Assembly: GCA_030867685.1 (NCBI GenBank) | Contig: JAQOWU010000001.1 | Coordinates: 806,001-870,000 of the forward strand | DNA length: 64,000 bases | DNA from: Wickerhamiella versatilis | Lineage: Eukaryota | Reading direction: 5' to 3' | Shown: in pieces, positions 62,037-64,000 of the stretch | Layout: each line of letters begins with the position of its first letter | How positions within the stretch are numbered: position 1 is the stretch's first letter | Translations under genes and position numbers: made by a program | Notes under the pieces: model-generated | Told to the model about the DNA's origin: nothing | Database searches by the model: none | Seen by the model: the letters and a program-made list of their open reading frames with translations, nothing else

Positions 62037-62972
62037 ATGCGTGACATTGCACGCGACGTTGCAAGGGGCAGCAATGTCCTTGAGATGGAATTGGTGAACC
62101 ATCTGGATACACTAAGGCATGCCTCCCCAGGAGAGAATAAGATCACTTATGGGGATACCGTATTCCCCACCTTCTTATTCCTCTCAGGCCTAGGGCCTGT
62201 GAAGCCAAAACGGTCAGCGACACTAGTAGGCCTTGGACTGGCCTACAATTGGCTGCAAGACAATGATAAGAGCAAGCTACGACTGTTTGGAGTCCTACAG
62301 AGGATCGGTTTATCGGGGCTGCTGCTAGAAGCCGCCCATGGGACTACCAGCATTTGGTTTCCCACGGGCTGCTTGGCCTTATGGTCGCTGGTTACATATG
62401 GATTAACTCCTACTAGGCCTTACGCATGCCAAACAAAATCAGCCCAGGGAATTTTAGATCAGCAAATCACCAAGTTGCTGCCATGGCTCAAGACATATGC
62501 AGATGGCTTTGATCCCGAGGGTCTACTAGGAACTCTCACCTCGGCGGCCTCTCTATGGTTTGGTCACTGGCTTTCCTGTGCCTCTCTTTCGACTAAGCAG
62601 TCATGGATACTTGGTACAGCCTTGACCGTGCTGGGAACATTGACTGGCCACTTCCTTGCAACCACATGTCCCACAAATAAGCCATACTGGACGCCCACAT
62701 TTGCCGTTGCAACCAGTGGTATTGCCCTATTAAAACTGCAAACTGCACGAATAGTGGTGAGCTTGGTACCTAAGCCTTTTTATGTTTTGTGTGAAGTGCT
62801 CGGGAAACGGTCGCTCGAGGTGTATTTGCTGTCAGCTATGGTTGATCAATCCCTTATTCGGGAAAGGCTCACCAAGAGGGTTGGTGCTGTGGCATCTGCG
62901 GGAATCTGTGCTTCAGCGCTATCATTCGCTGCTTGGGTCCTTGTGAATTATAATATTCGAATTTCGGTGTAG
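62037..62972 (+). CDS. HGSNAT-like membrane acyltransferase (compact bacterial-type length)
   Basis: D..RG.....MELVN, LRHA, D.VFPTFLF.SG, GVLQRI, FDPEGLL.TL and NK.YWTP.F. Likely ATG at 62037 (or 61995). The ORF track's upstream extension is antisense overlap with the permease. Confidence 0.75.
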   Translation: MRDIARDVARGSNVLEMELVNHLDTLRHASPGENKITYGDTVFPTFLFLSGLGPVKPKRSATLVGLGLAYNWLQDNDKSKLRLFGVLQRIGLSGLLLEAAHGTTSIWFPTGCLALWSLVTYGLTPTRPYACQTKSAQGILDQQITKLLPWLKTYADGFDPEGLLGTLTSAASLWFGHWLSCASLSTKQSWILGTALTVLGTLTGHFLATTCPTNKPYWTPTFAVATSGIALLKLQTARIVVSLVPKPFYVLCEVLGKRSLEVYLLSAMVDQSLIRERLTKRVGAVASAGICASALSFAAWVLVNYNIRISV

Positions 62973-64000
62973 TCTATTGGTCTAAAAGGACCATAAGACC
63001 CATTGAAAAAACTAAATATTATGGCCATTTCGCATAGCCAGTGGGTCATTATGTCTCTCAGTGCCAGCTTATCCGGGGAAGTGCTTTTGCACGCCCCCGA
63101 ATATCACGTATACAAGGTCATCGGGATTGTAGCCAGATCGAACATTCGCGCGCTCTGGTGCATTTTACATCAGATCTGCATTTTTCAGCTGCACTTTGGA
63201 TATTGAGGCCAGCATAGGATATTAGAGACTACACAATTGTTTTAGATTGGTGAACAAACTCTGTGGCCATGAGCTCAGTGTCATCCGGCCCGGGTTACGA
63301 CGTATCAAAGCCAGTTGTTTGACGCTGGGACTGCCATTGATACGTGCCAAGAACTGGCCAAACTTTTCAGCTGATTTCCTGAGCTTTGAATGTCTGGGCC
63401 TACGAGCGAGCTAAAATTGAGTCGTTTAATTGGCCATCCGGCTCCCAGAGAGCACGTGCATTTCTCATGGCGCACTGTCTTCCGCCGTGGTATATTATCG
63501 GTAAATAATTTAATTAATATGTTTAGTGTTCAAAAATTCAGTTGGCGGTACTGCGCATTTCCTTGCGAGGCTCTCATGCAAGGGAGCGAGCTGCCGAGCT
63601 ACGGCCTAATCCGGCCCGGCTCAACCCGACTAAATTCATAAGAGCAGGATGAGCCGACTAGTGTGAGACTGAGACTTGGCCATTGGCCAAAATAAGCTTA
63701 TTGTTTTAGAAAAAAGAATTATTCTGGGATTTCTGTGGCCTATAACTCCAGCACCACCACTTTTCGGTTGTCGCAGTCTGCCCTGACTAGTTGGACAATG
63801 CAAGATAGCCCACTATCCCTACTAGGCAGACAGGTTCATTCGATAACTTGATAAAAAGCTATTATTAAATTGATATCTTATCACTGTGTAACTCAGTGCA
63901 CAATACATAAATCTCGTGATTCTTCTACATGGTCCTGCCTCGGCTGAACGATGACTTGGTAAAGATGAAGTCCATTCATTGCAAGGTGTCATATCAATCA

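Noticed and set aside
63030-63400. Minus-strand peptide ...YNPDDLVYVIFGG... resembling an adenylation-domain motif
   Set aside because: Lacks the following TSGSTG and is flanked by stops. It could be a decayed gene but cannot be supported without a search.
1-64000. Bacterial contig, prophage, CRISPR array, tRNA/rRNA or transposon
   Set aside because: Zn2Cys6 factors and other fungus-specific genes are interleaved throughout. No such RNA genes, arrays, integrases or transposases were recognised. The many short overlapping ORFs in the track are antisense or alternate-frame shadows.

Overview
This window is gene-dense, almost intron-free budding-yeast (Saccharomycotina) DNA read with the standard code: CTG falls at conserved Leu positions, so it is not a CUG-Ser clade yeast. 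It looks like an accessory nutrient-scavenging region. Native fungal genes include four Zn2Cys6 regulators, four APC permeases, one NCS1, two MFS and one ABCC transporter, a ferric reductase, a cytochrome b2, an ARE-type acyltransferase and a GH13 glucosidase. Interleaved with them are about a dozen compact enzymes of bacterial-type families: isochorismatase, TspO, RidA, nucleoside hydrolase, DmpA, two CE4 deacetylase-like proteins, a PBP4/DacB-type DD-peptidase, a Pro-1 tautomerase, an IphP-like phosphatase and an HGSNAT-like protein. The pattern resembles the HGT-rich Wickerhamiella/Starmerella-type yeasts (inference only). The main observations are: (1) a chimeric, apparently secreted and heavily N-glycosylated PLP aminotransferase built from a yeast cell-wall-protein-like domain plus a bacterial HisC-like domain; (2) a class-III phospho-lyase-type enzyme fused to an APH/hydroxylysine-kinase-type domain, followed by RidA; (3) a putative ureide/nucleobase cluster with a biuret-hydrolase-like enzyme fused to a degenerate amidase; (4) a secreted penicillin-binding-protein-type peptidase. 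All calls come from motif recognition by eye; no searches were run.
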